The translations under genes were made by a program, and so were the position numbers. A stretch of DNA of 32,000 bases. It comes from Vulcanisaeta distributa DSM 14429 (GTDB taxonomy: Archaea; Thermoproteota; Thermoprotei; Thermoproteales; Thermocladiaceae). The DNA is taken from assembly GCF_000148385.1 (NCBI RefSeq), contig NC_014537.1, positions 390,001 to 422,000 on the forward strand, in the 5' to 3' direction. Positions 15,946 to 25,271 of the stretch are shown here, piece after piece. The notes beneath the pieces were generated by a model. It worked only from the letters and a program-made list of their open reading frames with translations. It searched no databases and was not told where the DNA came from. Numbering within the stretch: position 1 is the first letter of the stretch; every line of letters begins with the position of its first letter.

Positions 15946-16503
15946 TCAGTCACCGTTTGTTAAAACCCTCATTAGCTGCTCAAGCCCATTATCAACATCA
16001 TCAACACCCAATAACTCCCTCTCCGGCGACAAATCACCCGCGGCATATCTCTCTAAGTATTTCTGATTAATTATTATGAAATTCGGGCCCCACTTATACA
16101 GCCTTAGGACCTCCATTGCCTCATCCTTAAAGCCCATTATATAGAGCGCCGCCGCCACGGCTTCAATCGTGCTTAATATGTATGGCTTGCCGTAATGCGT
16201 TGGGTTAGCGGCTATGAGTAATGGTAGCCTCCTTCTAATGAATTTACCCCTAATGAACTTAGTATGAACGTCAACAGCCCTTTTCCAGGAGCAGTCTATC
16301 AATGATAATCCCCTTGATTCAGCGATAACCCTATCACTGGGTGTTAATGGTGTTTTAACTGTTGGGTCGAGAATTATTGAACCACTTGGCAATGCCTTAA
16401 TACTATCCACTAATTGCGCAAATCCAAACCTAACCAATTTAATCGCAGTGTTCTTCCTTGGATCATCCTGCGGTAATCTATAAATGAAGACTCTGGGTAT
16501 CAC
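15946..16503 (-). CDS. tsr3: 16S rRNA aminocarboxypropyltransferase Tsr3 (DUF367 family)
   Basis: The N-terminal region is IYRLPQDDPRKNTAIKLVRFG. The DCSW motif (LIDCSWKRA) and the sequence LLAANPTHYGKP are both present. The 185-aa size is typical. Confidence 0.85.
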   Translation of the reverse strand: MIPRVFIYRLPQDDPRKNTAIKLVRFGFAQLVDSIKALPSGSIILDPTVKTPLTPSDRVIAESRGLSLIDCSWKRAVDVHTKFIRGKFIRRRLPLLIAANPTHYGKPYILSTIEAVAAALYIMGFKDEAMEVLRLYKWGPNFIIINQKYLERYAAGDLSPERELLGVDDVDNGLEQLMRVLTNGD

Positions 16504-16563
16504 AATGCTCTATAACATTAAATAACTTAATATTTTAATAACCAATCCCGGACACCAATAATA

Positions 16564-18915
16564 ATGAGTAATTTGCCTCATTACCGGGAAGGTTTACGTG
16601 CCGTAACGGGCTCTGGCGAGTACATTGATGATATACCCACACCCCCGGGCACGCTTTATATGGCCATCTACAGAAGTCCCTATGCCCATGCCCGAATACT
16701 TAAGGTTGACTTAAGCGGGGTCTTTGAGCATGGCGGCATTGCCTATGGACCCAACGACCTGGCTAAGGTAATACCAAACCCATTCCCACTCGCGGTGGAT
16801 GCCCCAATTAAGTACTACCCATTTGCCCGGGATAAGGCTAGGTTTGTCGGTGAACCGATAGCGGTGGTCCTCGCAGACGACCCATACAGGGCAATTGACC
16901 TACTTGATTACGTCCAGGTGGATTTCGAGCCATTAAAGCCCGTATTGACTTTTGACGATGCATTAAGGGGTGATGTGCTTGTTCATGAGGAGCTTAAGTC
17001 GAACGTTGCCATGCATAGGCACATGAAATTCGGACCTGTGGATAAGGTATTCTCCGAGGCTCCCGTTGTTATAAAGCGTGAGTTCTACTATCAGAAGCAC
17101 AATGCAATGCCGCTGGAGACCTACGGTGTGCTTGCTCACTATACTGGTGGTGAATTGAACGTGTGGGCCAACGCCCAGGGACCATTATTAATAACCTATT
17201 TCGTAACGAGGGCCCTAGGCCTACCAACGGGTAGCCTTAGGCTCTTTGGCCCTAGGGACGTCGGTGGTAGCTTCGGCTCTAAGTACTCATTATACCCATA
17301 CATAACCCTGGCGGCCGCCGCATCAATACTAAGTGGTAGGCCCGTTAAGTGGGTTGAGAGTAGGACTGAGCACCTCGTGGGTAGTAACTCAGGCGGCGCC
17401 AGGAAGGGTGTTGTGGAGGTTGCTGCGACGAGGGACGGCGTGATCCAGGGATTTAGGTTTAGGTTTTATGAGGATGTTGGTGCATACCCAAGACCACCCG
17501 ATCCAGGGGTTTTGTTTAGGGTTCATGGAAACATGAACGGCGCATACGATGTTAGGGCTATCGAGGCTGAGGACTACGTAGTCGTAACGAATAAATTACC
17601 AACAGGCCTAAACAGGGCCTATGGAGGTCCGCCCTTCTACTTCATGCTTGAGGTTGCGGTTAACGAACTTGCCCGTGAGCTCGGCATAGACCCACTCGAG
17701 CTTAGGATCAAGAACCTCATTAGGGATTTCCCGAAGAGGATTGGTGATGAGTATTTCTATGAGACCGTTACCGGCGGGCTTTATCCGAGGCAGGATTATG
17801 AGAGGGTTGTTAGGGCGATCGAGCCTGAGTATAGGCGTTGGCTTGAGGAGAGGAGGAAGAACCCAAACATTGGTGTTGGTATTGCTGTATTGGTTGAGCC
17901 AGCAGGCACGAATCTTGGTTACACGGACCTGGCAATCGAACCAAGTAAGCGTAAGTACCCGCATTCAGGCTCTGGTTCCTACGTAACCATTAATATAGAC
18001 ATGAGCGGTTACATTAGGGTCTTTGTCAATGGCACCAATGAGGGGCTCGGCCACGAAACAACACTCGCCGAAGTGGTTGCATCGGAATTGGGTGTTGATC
18101 CGTCAATGATCATCGTGGAGAATAGGGTTGATACCACCAGGACGTGGGCATTATCGGACGGCTCCTACTCATCTAGGTTTGCCCCGATAGTGGTCAGCGC
18201 CGCCATACTGGCGGCTAGGCAGTTGAAGGAGAAGTTGACGAGAATTGCCATGTCCATTTTAGGCACGGATAAGGTTGGTTATGAGAATGGTCAGTTCTAC
18301 GACATAAACAATCCAAGTAGGAGGGTTGATATTAGGAGGATGGCATCATCAGTTAATTGGGACCCAGGTTCATTACCGGAGGGCTTGGACGCCTCATTGA
18401 GTGTCACGGTGTTTTATCAACCACCAACGGTTAAGGCTGCCGAGGGTGATAGGATAAACTCATCAGCCACATACGCAATACAGGCGCACTTGGCCGTCAT
18501 TGAGCTTGACCCGAACACGTATGACATTAGGGTTAGGAAGTACGTAATAGCCCACGACGCAGGCAGGATACTCAAGAGGGAGTTCGTTGATAGTCAGTTG
18601 ATGGGTGGTTTAATGCACGGTCTCGCCCTCACGCTTTATGAGGAGTTGATGTATGACGACCAGGGCAACCCATTAACGACGAGTCTCGACATCTATGAAA
18701 CACCGACAATGGCTGAGGCCGTGGGTATGGAGGTGGAGTTCATACACTTTGAAACACCCACGAAGCACCTGGTCTCCGGGGCTCATGGTGTTGGTGAGGG
18801 CGCAATGATGGGCGTGCCCGCGGCAATCGTCAATGCCCTAGCCTCGATAATTGGTAAGGCCATAACGGACCTGCCACTAAGGCCGTATAAGATAATGAGG
18901 GCTGTCGAGGGATGA
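16564..18915 (+). CDS. Molybdenum hydroxylase large (molybdopterin-binding) subunit, xanthine dehydrogenase/aldehyde oxidase family
   Basis: The 783-aa product contains the motifs GGSFGSKY and [19 protein letters not shown] (active-site Glu loop). The N-terminal a/b hammerhead-type region is [26 protein letters not shown]. Confidence 0.9.
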   Translation: MSNLPHYREGLRAVTGSGEYIDDIPTPPGTLYMAIYRSPYAHARILKVDLSGVFEHGGIAYGPNDLAKVIPNPFPLAVDAPIKYYPFARDKARFVGEPIAVVLADDPYRAIDLLDYVQVDFEPLKPVLTFDDALRGDVLVHEELKSNVAMHRHMKFGPVDKVFSEAPVVIKREFYYQKHNAMPLETYGVLAHYTGGELNVWANAQGPLLITYFVTRALGLPTGSLRLFGPRDVGGSFGSKYSLYPYITLAAAASILSGRPVKWVESRTEHLVGSNSGGARKGVVEVAATRDGVIQGFRFRFYEDVGAYPRPPDPGVLFRVHGNMNGAYDVRAIEAEDYVVVTNKLPTGLNRAYGGPPFYFMLEVAVNELARELGIDPLELRIKNLIRDFPKRIGDEYFYETVTGGLYPRQDYERVVRAIEPEYRRWLEERRKNPNIGVGIAVLVEPAGTNLGYTDLAIEPSKRKYPHSGSGSYVTINIDMSGYIRVFVNGTNEGLGHETTLAEVVASELGVDPSMIIVENRVDTTRTWALSDGSYSSRFAPIVVSAAILAARQLKEKLTRIAMSILGTDKVGYENGQFYDINNPSRRVDIRRMASSVNWDPGSLPEGLDASLSVTVFYQPPTVKAAEGDRINSSATYAIQAHLAVIELDPNTYDIRVRKYVIAHDAGRILKREFVDSQLMGGLMHGLALTLYEELMYDDQGNPLTTSLDIYETPTMAEAVGMEVEFIHFETPTKHLVSGAHGVGEGAMMGVPAAIVNALASIIGKAITDLPLRPYKIMRAVEG

Positions 18916-20333
18916 TGGGCATGGCGTACACCCTCGGTATTCCCAGGGGATTTAAGTATGTCAGAGCCTCGACAATTGATGAGGCCTTGAAGCTACTCAA
19001 TGAGTACGGTGGTGATGCCAAGGTACTTGCTGGCGGCATGAGCCTAATGCCCATGCTCAAGTTGAGGATGACCGAGGTTAAGTATTTGATTGATATACTC
19101 GGTATTAATGACCTTAGGTACATCAGGGTTGAGGGTAATCACTTAAGGATTGGCGCATTAACCACGCATAATGACATTGCAATGAATAGGGTAGTTAATG
19201 ATAACGCGAAGATATTGAGTGAGTCTGCATGGCACATAGCCGATATTCAGGTTAGGAACCTGGGTACAATAGGCGGTAGCCTAGCCCACGCAGATCCAGC
19301 GGCTAATTACTACCCAGCCCTGATAGCACTGGATGCCGAGGTCATGATTAAGGGGATTGGTACTGAGAGGGTCGTTAAGGTTTCAGACCTTTACAAAGGG
19401 CCATACATCACTGACCTAAAGCCCAATGAGTTAATTACAGAGGTCAGAATACCACTCAGCGGCCTTAGGGGTGTTTATGAGATCTTCAGGAGGGGTGGTG
19501 CATCGTTCCCAAGCGTTATCATAGCCGTTGCTTATCAGGAGAAGGATGGGGTTATAACAGACTCCAGGATATCCATTGGCGCCGTTTACCCAGAGCCCGT
19601 GCTAGTGAGCGGGCACTTGAATGGACTTGGGGTTAGGGAGGTTGGGGCTAAGGTTAATGACATTGTGAACTCCATATTCTCTTCAATAGACGCAAAGCCC
19701 CTTGAGGACACACATGCACCTGGTGATTACAAGGTCAAGGTTGCAAAGAACCTATTGACTAAGGCCTTAACGGAGATTGCCAATGGGTCCGTGCAGTACA
19801 TTAAGGCGCCCATTAAGGATGAGCTTATTAAGTGGGAGTTCAGGGATGGTGTTGAGTACGTTGGCGATTTGGTTAGGGTTAGGGTTAACGTTAATGGCCA
19901 GTGGATTGAGGACTTGGTTGAGCCGAGATTATTGCTTATAGACTTCCTGAGGAGGCATGGGTTTAAGGAAGTTAGGAGGGGTTGTGATGAGGGTAAGTGC
20001 GGCGCGTGTACCGTGCTTGTTGATGGTAGGGCTGTCAAGTCATGCATGGTCCCCGTGGTCAGGGTTTCAGGGCACTCAGTAACCACCGTAAGGGGTTTGA
20101 GTAAGGGAATGGAGCTACACCCAATACAGAGGGCATTCCTTGAGGAGTACGCAATGCAGTGCGGCTTCTGTACTCATGGCTTCATGATGGTGACGCATGA
20201 CTACCTCACGAACATAGACCCGACGGCTAACGATGATCTATTGAAACTAAGCATTAAGAATATTTGCCGCTGCACCGGTTACATAAACATAATTAAGGCT
20301 ATTAAGAGGGCAGCTAAATACCTACAGCCCTGA
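18912..20333 (+). CDS. Fused FAD-binding (CoxM-like) and 2x[2Fe-2S] (CoxS-like) subunit of the molybdenum hydroxylase
   Basis: aa 1-290 form the FAD domain ([13 protein letters not shown]...[14 protein letters not shown]...[15 protein letters not shown]). aa 321-473 form the Fe-S domain ([11 protein letters not shown]...SC and CGFCTHG...CRCTGY). An ATGA overlap with the large-subunit gene lies at 18912-18915. Confidence 0.9.
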   Translation: MMGMAYTLGIPRGFKYVRASTIDEALKLLNEYGGDAKVLAGGMSLMPMLKLRMTEVKYLIDILGINDLRYIRVEGNHLRIGALTTHNDIAMNRVVNDNAKILSESAWHIADIQVRNLGTIGGSLAHADPAANYYPALIALDAEVMIKGIGTERVVKVSDLYKGPYITDLKPNELITEVRIPLSGLRGVYEIFRRGGASFPSVIIAVAYQEKDGVITDSRISIGAVYPEPVLVSGHLNGLGVREVGAKVNDIVNSIFSSIDAKPLEDTHAPGDYKVKVAKNLLTKALTEIANGSVQYIKAPIKDELIKWEFRDGVEYVGDLVRVRVNVNGQWIEDLVEPRLLLIDFLRRHGFKEVRRGCDEGKCGACTVLVDGRAVKSCMVPVVRVSGHSVTTVRGLSKGMELHPIQRAFLEEYAMQCGFCTHGFMMVTHDYLTNIDPTANDDLLKLSIKNICRCTGYINIIKAIKRAAKYLQP

Positions 20334-20455
20334 CGACCATTTCAACACTAAATCCTTCATAGTAATTAATCAAAATCTAATAGAATGTGAAATAGATGAG
20401 AATACTTAACAAAGCATGACTAGTCTCTTAAGAAGGTGCAGGAGATACATTTGCG

Positions 20456-20965
20456 TTAGCCAGATGTATGGATACTATTTGACCCTTTACTTAGAACGCT
20501 CATTAGTGCTCTCGCCTTAACTATGAATGACTTAATTAATGCTATAGCCGTTTCGTCATTTGGTATCTTGCTTCTAATGCCTTCCGGGTCTGGGCCGTTG
20601 TATTGATACTCATGTAATTGTAGGGCCATGGCAGTTAACTCAGCCACACCTGGGACTATTCTCTCCATCTCCGCGCTTAGCTCGGTCATTCTATTGGTCG
20701 GTATTACTGCGGCTATCCATTCATGGAATGGTATGGTGACATTCCCAACACGTTTATTCCCACGATATTTTTCCTGAAGTTGATCTGCATTCTTCAGTGC
20801 TAGATACGAGAGGAATGCCTTCCACGCCTGGAATGCCTTACCTGCCGCATTACTAGTGAGACCTTCCCTTAAGAAAACCTCCGCAACATCAAGCTCCTTC
20901 ATAGCCTCCTCAAGCCTCTCCTTCGCCAAAGCCTCTGTATTCAATCTTCTCATGCGAGCCTCCAT
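20456..20965 (-). CDS. PaREP1-family protein
   Basis: The sequence EEAMKELDVAEVFLREGLTSNAAGKAFQAWKAFLSYLA matches the PaREP1 family signature, which is common in Thermoproteales. The true start may be the second Met (20953). Confidence 0.7.
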   Translation of the reverse strand: MEARMRRLNTEALAKERLEEAMKELDVAEVFLREGLTSNAAGKAFQAWKAFLSYLALKNADQLQEKYRGNKRVGNVTIPFHEWIAAVIPTNRMTELSAEMERIVPGVAELTAMALQLHEYQYNGPDPEGIRSKIPNDETAIALIKSFIVKARALMSVLSKGSNSIHTSG

Positions 20966-21188
20966 AATTTAAACGCACAATATTAATCAATATAAAACTA
21001 GCCTTAATATTTTGATGCGGGCTCAACAAGCATTCAGTATATAATGGGCTTAGTTTCTTCTCTTTCAATCTATTTTTAATATTAAGTTTGCGGTGCAATA
21101 ATAGTTAAATTAAAAATAATCAATAATATTATGCTCATTGATTGCGTACTCCTAAAGTATTAAATACCTTCCATAAGTCTCTTTAGTA

Positions 21189-21923
21189 ATGAGTTCCACC
21201 GTGAATTCAACGGCAACGCAAATCAAGGTGTTTGGCTTTATACCACAGTATGTTTTTTACACGGTACTTGCCGCCGTGGTCATAATAGTCGTGGGATACG
21301 TAGTTGGTAGACTCGTGGAAATACTAATTAAGAAAATCTCCTACACCACGGGCCTAGATGCCTTCTTTAGGAAGACCTCCGTGGGCCGTGCACTGCTCAG
21401 GAGTGGTTATACGGCTGGTGACTTCCTCGGTCTCTTCGTTAAGTGGGTCATTTATATAGCGGCGATCTTCTATGCCCTACTTGAACTATCCTACGCAAGC
21501 CCAAACCTCGCCTTCCTATATGATACCTCAAGGAGCGTATTGACATACCTGCCATACCTAGTGTCCGGCGTGATTATTCTAATCATTGGTTTAATAATGG
21601 TCGATTGGATAAGCGATTATTTTAAGCGTAGTTACCCAGCAAATGACCAATACTCACAGACCCTGCTTAACTTCGTTGGTGATGCCTTTAGATTCATACT
21701 TTACTACATGGTCATAACAATCGCGTTGAGTGTTATGAAGGTTAACGTGACCATACTCTACATATTCGCCCAAGGACTCGCCTGGGCAGTGGCTATTGGC
21801 CTTGGGGTTGCCATTGGTCTCGTGCTTGCCGTACCATTGAGGGAGCCGCTGAGGAGGTTCCTTGAGCGTGAGTGGGATCAGTCAAGGGATGGTGATAAAA
21901 GGAGGGGTGATGTAGGTGGCTAA
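21189..21923 (+). CDS. Polytopic membrane protein of unknown function, with a charged C-terminal tail
   Basis: About 5 TM helices are predicted. The repeated helix-plus-amphipathic pattern is reminiscent of conserved TM-helix-repeat proteins (uncertain). The C-terminal tail is REWDQSRDGDKRRGD. The gene overlaps the next gene by 8 nt. Confidence 0.55.
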   Translation: MSSTVNSTATQIKVFGFIPQYVFYTVLAAVVIIVVGYVVGRLVEILIKKISYTTGLDAFFRKTSVGRALLRSGYTAGDFLGLFVKWVIYIAAIFYALLELSYASPNLAFLYDTSRSVLTYLPYLVSGVIILIIGLIMVDWISDYFKRSYPANDQYSQTLLNFVGDAFRFILYYMVITIALSVMKVNVTILYIFAQGLAWAVAIGLGVAIGLVLAVPLREPLRRFLEREWDQSRDGDKRRGDVGG

Positions 21924-23169
21924 GCCTGTCATTGGCGTTATAATGTACCAGACAAGCAATTCCAAGGGGCAGGAGTTGGTGGCTCAGAGGATGGTTAAGT
22001 GGTTTCTTAGGCTTGGTTATGAGGCCTACCTAATAACGAGTATTTACCACGACGGTAATGAGGTTGTTAGGAGGAGGGCTGTAGAGACCTCACTTGAGGG
22101 TTATGTATTTCAGGAGAAGGACCCAGCCATTGGGCTACCCACCATTAGGGTTGATAGTTATGTTGCTAGGTGGCCGCCCAGGAGGATCATGTTCAAGAAC
22201 TTCGTGGATGTGCTTAGAAGGATCAGTGAGAATTTCAATGTGAATTCATTAATAACGCATTCCACGCTTTGGAATGGGCCTGAGGACACGGCTAAGTACG
22301 TGATGTGGAGGAGGATGTTGACGACATTTGGACTTGAGAATAGTAACGTGTTCTTTGGGCACATGAGCCACTACCAACCGCCTGACCCAACTAGGTATGA
22401 CGTTGTTGAGAGGACGTATAGGCTTGCCTGGAACCACATGGCATTCCCAGAGATCTTCAAGGCAGCAAACCTCATCCTCTGCGTGACGCCACTCGAGGGT
22501 GAGGAGATGATTAGGATGGGTGCAAGGCCCGAGCAAATCTACGTATTTCCAGGGGGTATTGACGATGATGAGGTGGCTGATCTAAATGCCGTTGATTCGA
22601 GTGACTTCAGGGTTAAGTATAGGATTCCCGATGACGTCAAGATAGTGGCTTACCTGGGCACTGTTGAGGAGAGGAAGAACCCGCTTGCTGTTGTCAGGGT
22701 TGCCAAGATGCTTAGGCATAGGCGTGACGTGCACTTCGTAATTGCTGGCAAGCCCGGTGACCAATGGGATGAGGTTGTCAGTGAGGCTAGGGGCTTAAGT
22801 AACGTGACCTTGACTGGGGAGTTGAGTGTTGAGGATAAGAAGAAGTTGATTAAGGAGGCTTACGTGAACATAATAATGAGTAAGATGGAGGCCCTCGGGC
22901 TGACGCAGCTGGAGTTCATGTATGGTGGTGTTCCCGTAATAACCTCCGCGGTTTACGGCCAGAAGTGGGTCGTTAGGAATGGCGTTGATGGGATACACGT
23001 TAATGGCCCAGACGATGTTGAGGGCGCCGCTAAGGCCGTGGAGAGGCTCCTGGATCACCCTGAGGAGAGGGATAGGATGAGTAGGAATGCGAGGGAGAGG
23101 GCATCGCAATTATTAATGAGTAAGCTCGTTAAGGAACTTGCCGTTAAGATTGAGGAATACTTGCGCTAG
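21916..23169 (+). CDS. Glycosyltransferase, GT-B fold (GT4/group 1 type)
   Basis: The C-terminal domain contains VAYLGTVEERKNP...FVIAGKPGD...SKMEALGLTQLEFMYGGVPVITS, the EX7E-type region. The start is GTG at 21916, or a downstream ATG. Confidence 0.85.
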   Translation: MAKPVIGVIMYQTSNSKGQELVAQRMVKWFLRLGYEAYLITSIYHDGNEVVRRRAVETSLEGYVFQEKDPAIGLPTIRVDSYVARWPPRRIMFKNFVDVLRRISENFNVNSLITHSTLWNGPEDTAKYVMWRRMLTTFGLENSNVFFGHMSHYQPPDPTRYDVVERTYRLAWNHMAFPEIFKAANLILCVTPLEGEEMIRMGARPEQIYVFPGGIDDDEVADLNAVDSSDFRVKYRIPDDVKIVAYLGTVEERKNPLAVVRVAKMLRHRRDVHFVIAGKPGDQWDEVVSEARGLSNVTLTGELSVEDKKKLIKEAYVNIIMSKMEALGLTQLEFMYGGVPVITSAVYGQKWVVRNGVDGIHVNGPDDVEGAAKAVERLLDHPEERDRMSRNARERASQLLMSKLVKELAVKIEEYLR

Positions 23170-23567
23170 GGATCCAGTAGGGTGTTGTTGAATTGATCGA
23201 TTATTGAGTAGACAACCCAAGCCATCTCTACGGACCATAGGAAGTAGATCAGCGGCGTTATGTTCACAGTGACCCCATAGGCTGTGATCGTACCTGGTAT
23301 TGAGAGGAATATCGCCGTTATCAACGTCGCCTCACCAAGGATAACCGGGTAAGCAAGCACGTGGCCCGCCAGTAAGCCGCGTAGGAATGCCAGTACCGCG
23401 AAGGCGGCTATTAACGTAATGTACTCTGTGATTATTGACGTGAATTGGATGGGTAGGTGCGCCATGTATGAGCTGAGTAGTGAGTATAGTATTAGCATTA
23501 GGATTAGGAGTAGTACGTCGGTTGCCGCATTGACAGCGCCACTTATTAACCTATCCCTGACCCTCAT
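23166..23567 (-). CDS. Small polytopic membrane protein (about 4 TM helices)
   Basis: The 133-aa product is hydrophobic throughout. The start overlaps the upstream gene's stop (ATGA at 23564-23567). The stop overlaps the stop of the convergent GT4 gene. Confidence 0.55.
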   Translation of the reverse strand: MRVRDRLISGAVNAATDVLLLILMLILYSLLSSYMAHLPIQFTSIITEYITLIAAFAVLAFLRGLLAGHVLAYPVILGEATLITAIFLSIPGTITAYGVTVNITPLIYFLWSVEMAWVVYSIIDQFNNTLLDP

Positions 23568-23899
23568 GATGGGGTCACCGTACTGGTGACGTTGGCGATT
23601 CCAGGTATCGAAACGGTTATGTTTATTGGCAGATTAAGCGACGTTATGGGCATTATGATGCTTCCAAAACCGTAAGGCTCAACATAGACGCTCCTTGAGA
23701 GGCCTCCCTGTGTTATTGTTATTACTAATGGTAGTGGCAACGGGTTATGTATCGTGAAGTTTAGGTAATACCCAGTGCCCGTCTGGTAAATATTGGCACT
23801 AACGTACCTGCTCAAGTTACCCATTGTTAGCGCTGAAATGCCGAGTACGATCAAGGTAATCACTAGCGAGAGTATTGCTAACGCAATGGCAACCCTCAC
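23564..23899 (-). CDS. Small membrane-anchored or secreted protein
   Basis: The N-terminal TM/signal helix is VAIALAILSLVITLIVLGISAL. A beta-type domain follows with sequons NLS, NFT, NIT and NVT. Confidence 0.55.
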   Translation of the reverse strand: MRVAIALAILSLVITLIVLGISALTMGNLSRYVSANIYQTGTGYYLNFTIHNPLPLPLVITITQGGLSRSVYVEPYGFGSIIMPITSLNLPINITVSIPGIANVTSTVTPS

Positions 23900-24018
23900 A
23901 AAAATCAGTAATTTGATTGGGTAATAAGTCTTAACGCTCTGGTGATTTTAATGTATGCACGATCAATAATTAGCGGAAAACTTAACTTATTCAGTACCCT
24001 TAAGTCAGTGGAGAGGGT

Positions 24019-24279
24019 ATGGGCAAGGTTAGGATCAGTATTTATATCGATGAGGAATTATGGAGGGAGTTTAAGAGATATGCCGCGGAGCGAGGTTTAA
24101 ACGCTAGCGAATTGCTGGAGGAATTGATTAAGGAGGAGCTGATGATTGAGCTTAATACGCTAATACTCGAGGAGACTACTCCAGAACTTGATTTTGAACC
24201 GATTAAGCCCAGGGAACCGGTGAGTGGTCTCGTGAGGGAGATGAGGGATGAAAGAGAGAATAGTTTATCTGGACAGTAA
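24019..24279 (+). CDS. vapB: Ribbon-helix-helix (CopG/VapB-type) antitoxin
   Basis: KVRISIYIDEELWREFKRYAAERGLNASELLEELIKEEL is a classic RHH. An acidic C-terminal tail follows. The 3' end overlaps the start of a PIN-domain remnant. Confidence 0.75.
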   Translation: MGKVRISIYIDEELWREFKRYAAERGLNASELLEELIKEELMIELNTLILEETTPELDFEPIKPREPVSGLVREMRDERENSLSGQ

Positions 24280-24437
24280 CGCCATGATGAAGAGGTACGT
24301 TTCACCGCATTCATCAAACTTATGACCACAGGTTAGTAATAGCAAAGTTTGTGGGTGTCAGTGGGGTTGTTACGGCTGATGGGAAGTTGTGCTAGGTGTT
24401 AATTAATGAGGGGTTGAATGCTAAATACATCGGTTAG
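24248..24437 (+). pseudogene. vapC: Decayed vapC (PIN-domain toxin) with an internal deletion, a frame change and an in-frame stop
   Basis: ATG 24248 opens MKERIVYLDSNAMMKRYVSPHSSNL*, which is a PIN N-terminus with the first conserved Asp; its stop is at 24323-24325. Another frame at 24348-24437 reads FVGVSGVVTADGKLC*VLINEGLNAKYIG*, which is a PIN C-terminus with the T-x-D motif and an internal TAG at 24393-24395. Only about 190 nt remain of the roughly 390 nt expected. Confidence 0.6.
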
Positions 24438-24455
24438 GTGGGTAGTAACTACGTA

Positions 24456-24698
24456 CTACAGTGCCTGTAGGCCCCTCGTTATGAGTATTGCCCCTGCCCA
24501 GGCGATTACGGCTATGAAGGCGACCTTGTACGTGACCACCGCCAGTACGTAAAGCACGCTCTCCAGGGATGGCGGCTGTGGTATTGAGATACCCGTGAGC
24601 AACTCTATGTATGCAAGTACGGAGGCCACCAGCAGTAGGGCTATTCCAATGCCAATTAGTACGAGGCCGATCCTACGCTTCGTGGCGCTTGAGGACAT
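24456..24698 (-). CDS. Small membrane protein (2 TM helices)
   Basis: The 80-aa product has two clear hydrophobic helices. The gene lies 36 nt downstream of the archease gene on the same strand. Confidence 0.45.
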   Translation of the reverse strand: MSSSATKRRIGLVLIGIGIALLLVASVLAYIELLTGISIPQPPSLESVLYVLAVVTYKVAFIAVIAWAGAILITRGLQAL

Positions 24699-24734
24699 AC
24701 AATAATCAATGCGTAGTTCCTTTTAATGCATAAC

Positions 24735-25211
24735 CTAAATATCAACCACAAACGTGAGCCTCCAGTAGTTATCGGCCCTTTTAATCTCCATCATGTTGTA
24801 GGTCATCGCCTTGACTATCAACCCCCTATAACCATGCTTATTGATGTCGAAGTGCTCACCGCCAACGACAGCCCTGATCCTATACGGTCCATTACCCTCT
24901 ATACTAACCTCCCTGAAGTAGTCGCCATAGGCGAACTTCCTGCCATCGAATAGGTAGATGAACTCATCAATCCAATTAAACAATAACTGCTCAAGATCCT
25001 CACCCCCCACGTTAACCTCCACGAACTCCCTCGGCTCAACCCTATCAATGTAGTAGGTAAGGCCCGCAACCCCAAGTGCCGCGTTTTTGAAGGCCTCCTC
25101 AAGCGTGCAGCCGTAGGCTATCACGGCGATGTCCGCCGTATGCTCCCCATACTCATACCTAGTGGGTAATTGGCACTGCATCAAGATGCCATTACCAAAC
25201 CCCTTTAACAA
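24735..25211 (-). CDS. Archease (activator of RtcB-type tRNA ligase)
   Basis: [29 protein letters not shown] is the archease N-terminal signature. The C-terminal region ends [13 protein letters not shown]. The true start may be the internal Met at 25181. Confidence 0.88.
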   Translation of the reverse strand: MLKGFGNGILMQCQLPTRYEYGEHTADIAVIAYGCTLEEAFKNAALGVAGLTYYIDRVEPREFVEVNVGGEDLEQLLFNWIDEFIYLFDGRKFAYGDYFREVSIEGNGPYRIRAVVGGEHFDINKHGYRGLIVKAMTYNMMEIKRADNYWRLTFVVDI

Positions 25212-25271
25212 TCTTACGTGTTATTGATCATGGCGTATTTAGGATTAACAAGTCATTAATGCATGCCGTTT

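Noticed and set aside
16564-18915. Annotating the molybdenum enzyme as aerobic CO dehydrogenase (CoxL).
   Set aside because: The form I CoxL active-site loop (VAYRCSFR) is absent; the corresponding region reads [12 protein letters not shown] (about 17608-17643). Only a generic xanthine dehydrogenase/aldehyde oxidase-family call is justified.
20910-21098. A 62-aa minus-strand ORF in the AT-rich spacer upstream of PaREP1.
   Set aside because: It overlaps the PaREP1 start, is Lys/Asn/Ile-rich as expected from translating AT-rich DNA, and has no motif.
20966-21188. An AT-rich 223-nt spacer considered as a replication origin.
   Set aside because: I could find no ORB or mini-ORB-like elements (nothing resembling TCCAGTGGAAA) and there is no cdc6/orc1 gene nearby. 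It is more simply a divergent promoter region.
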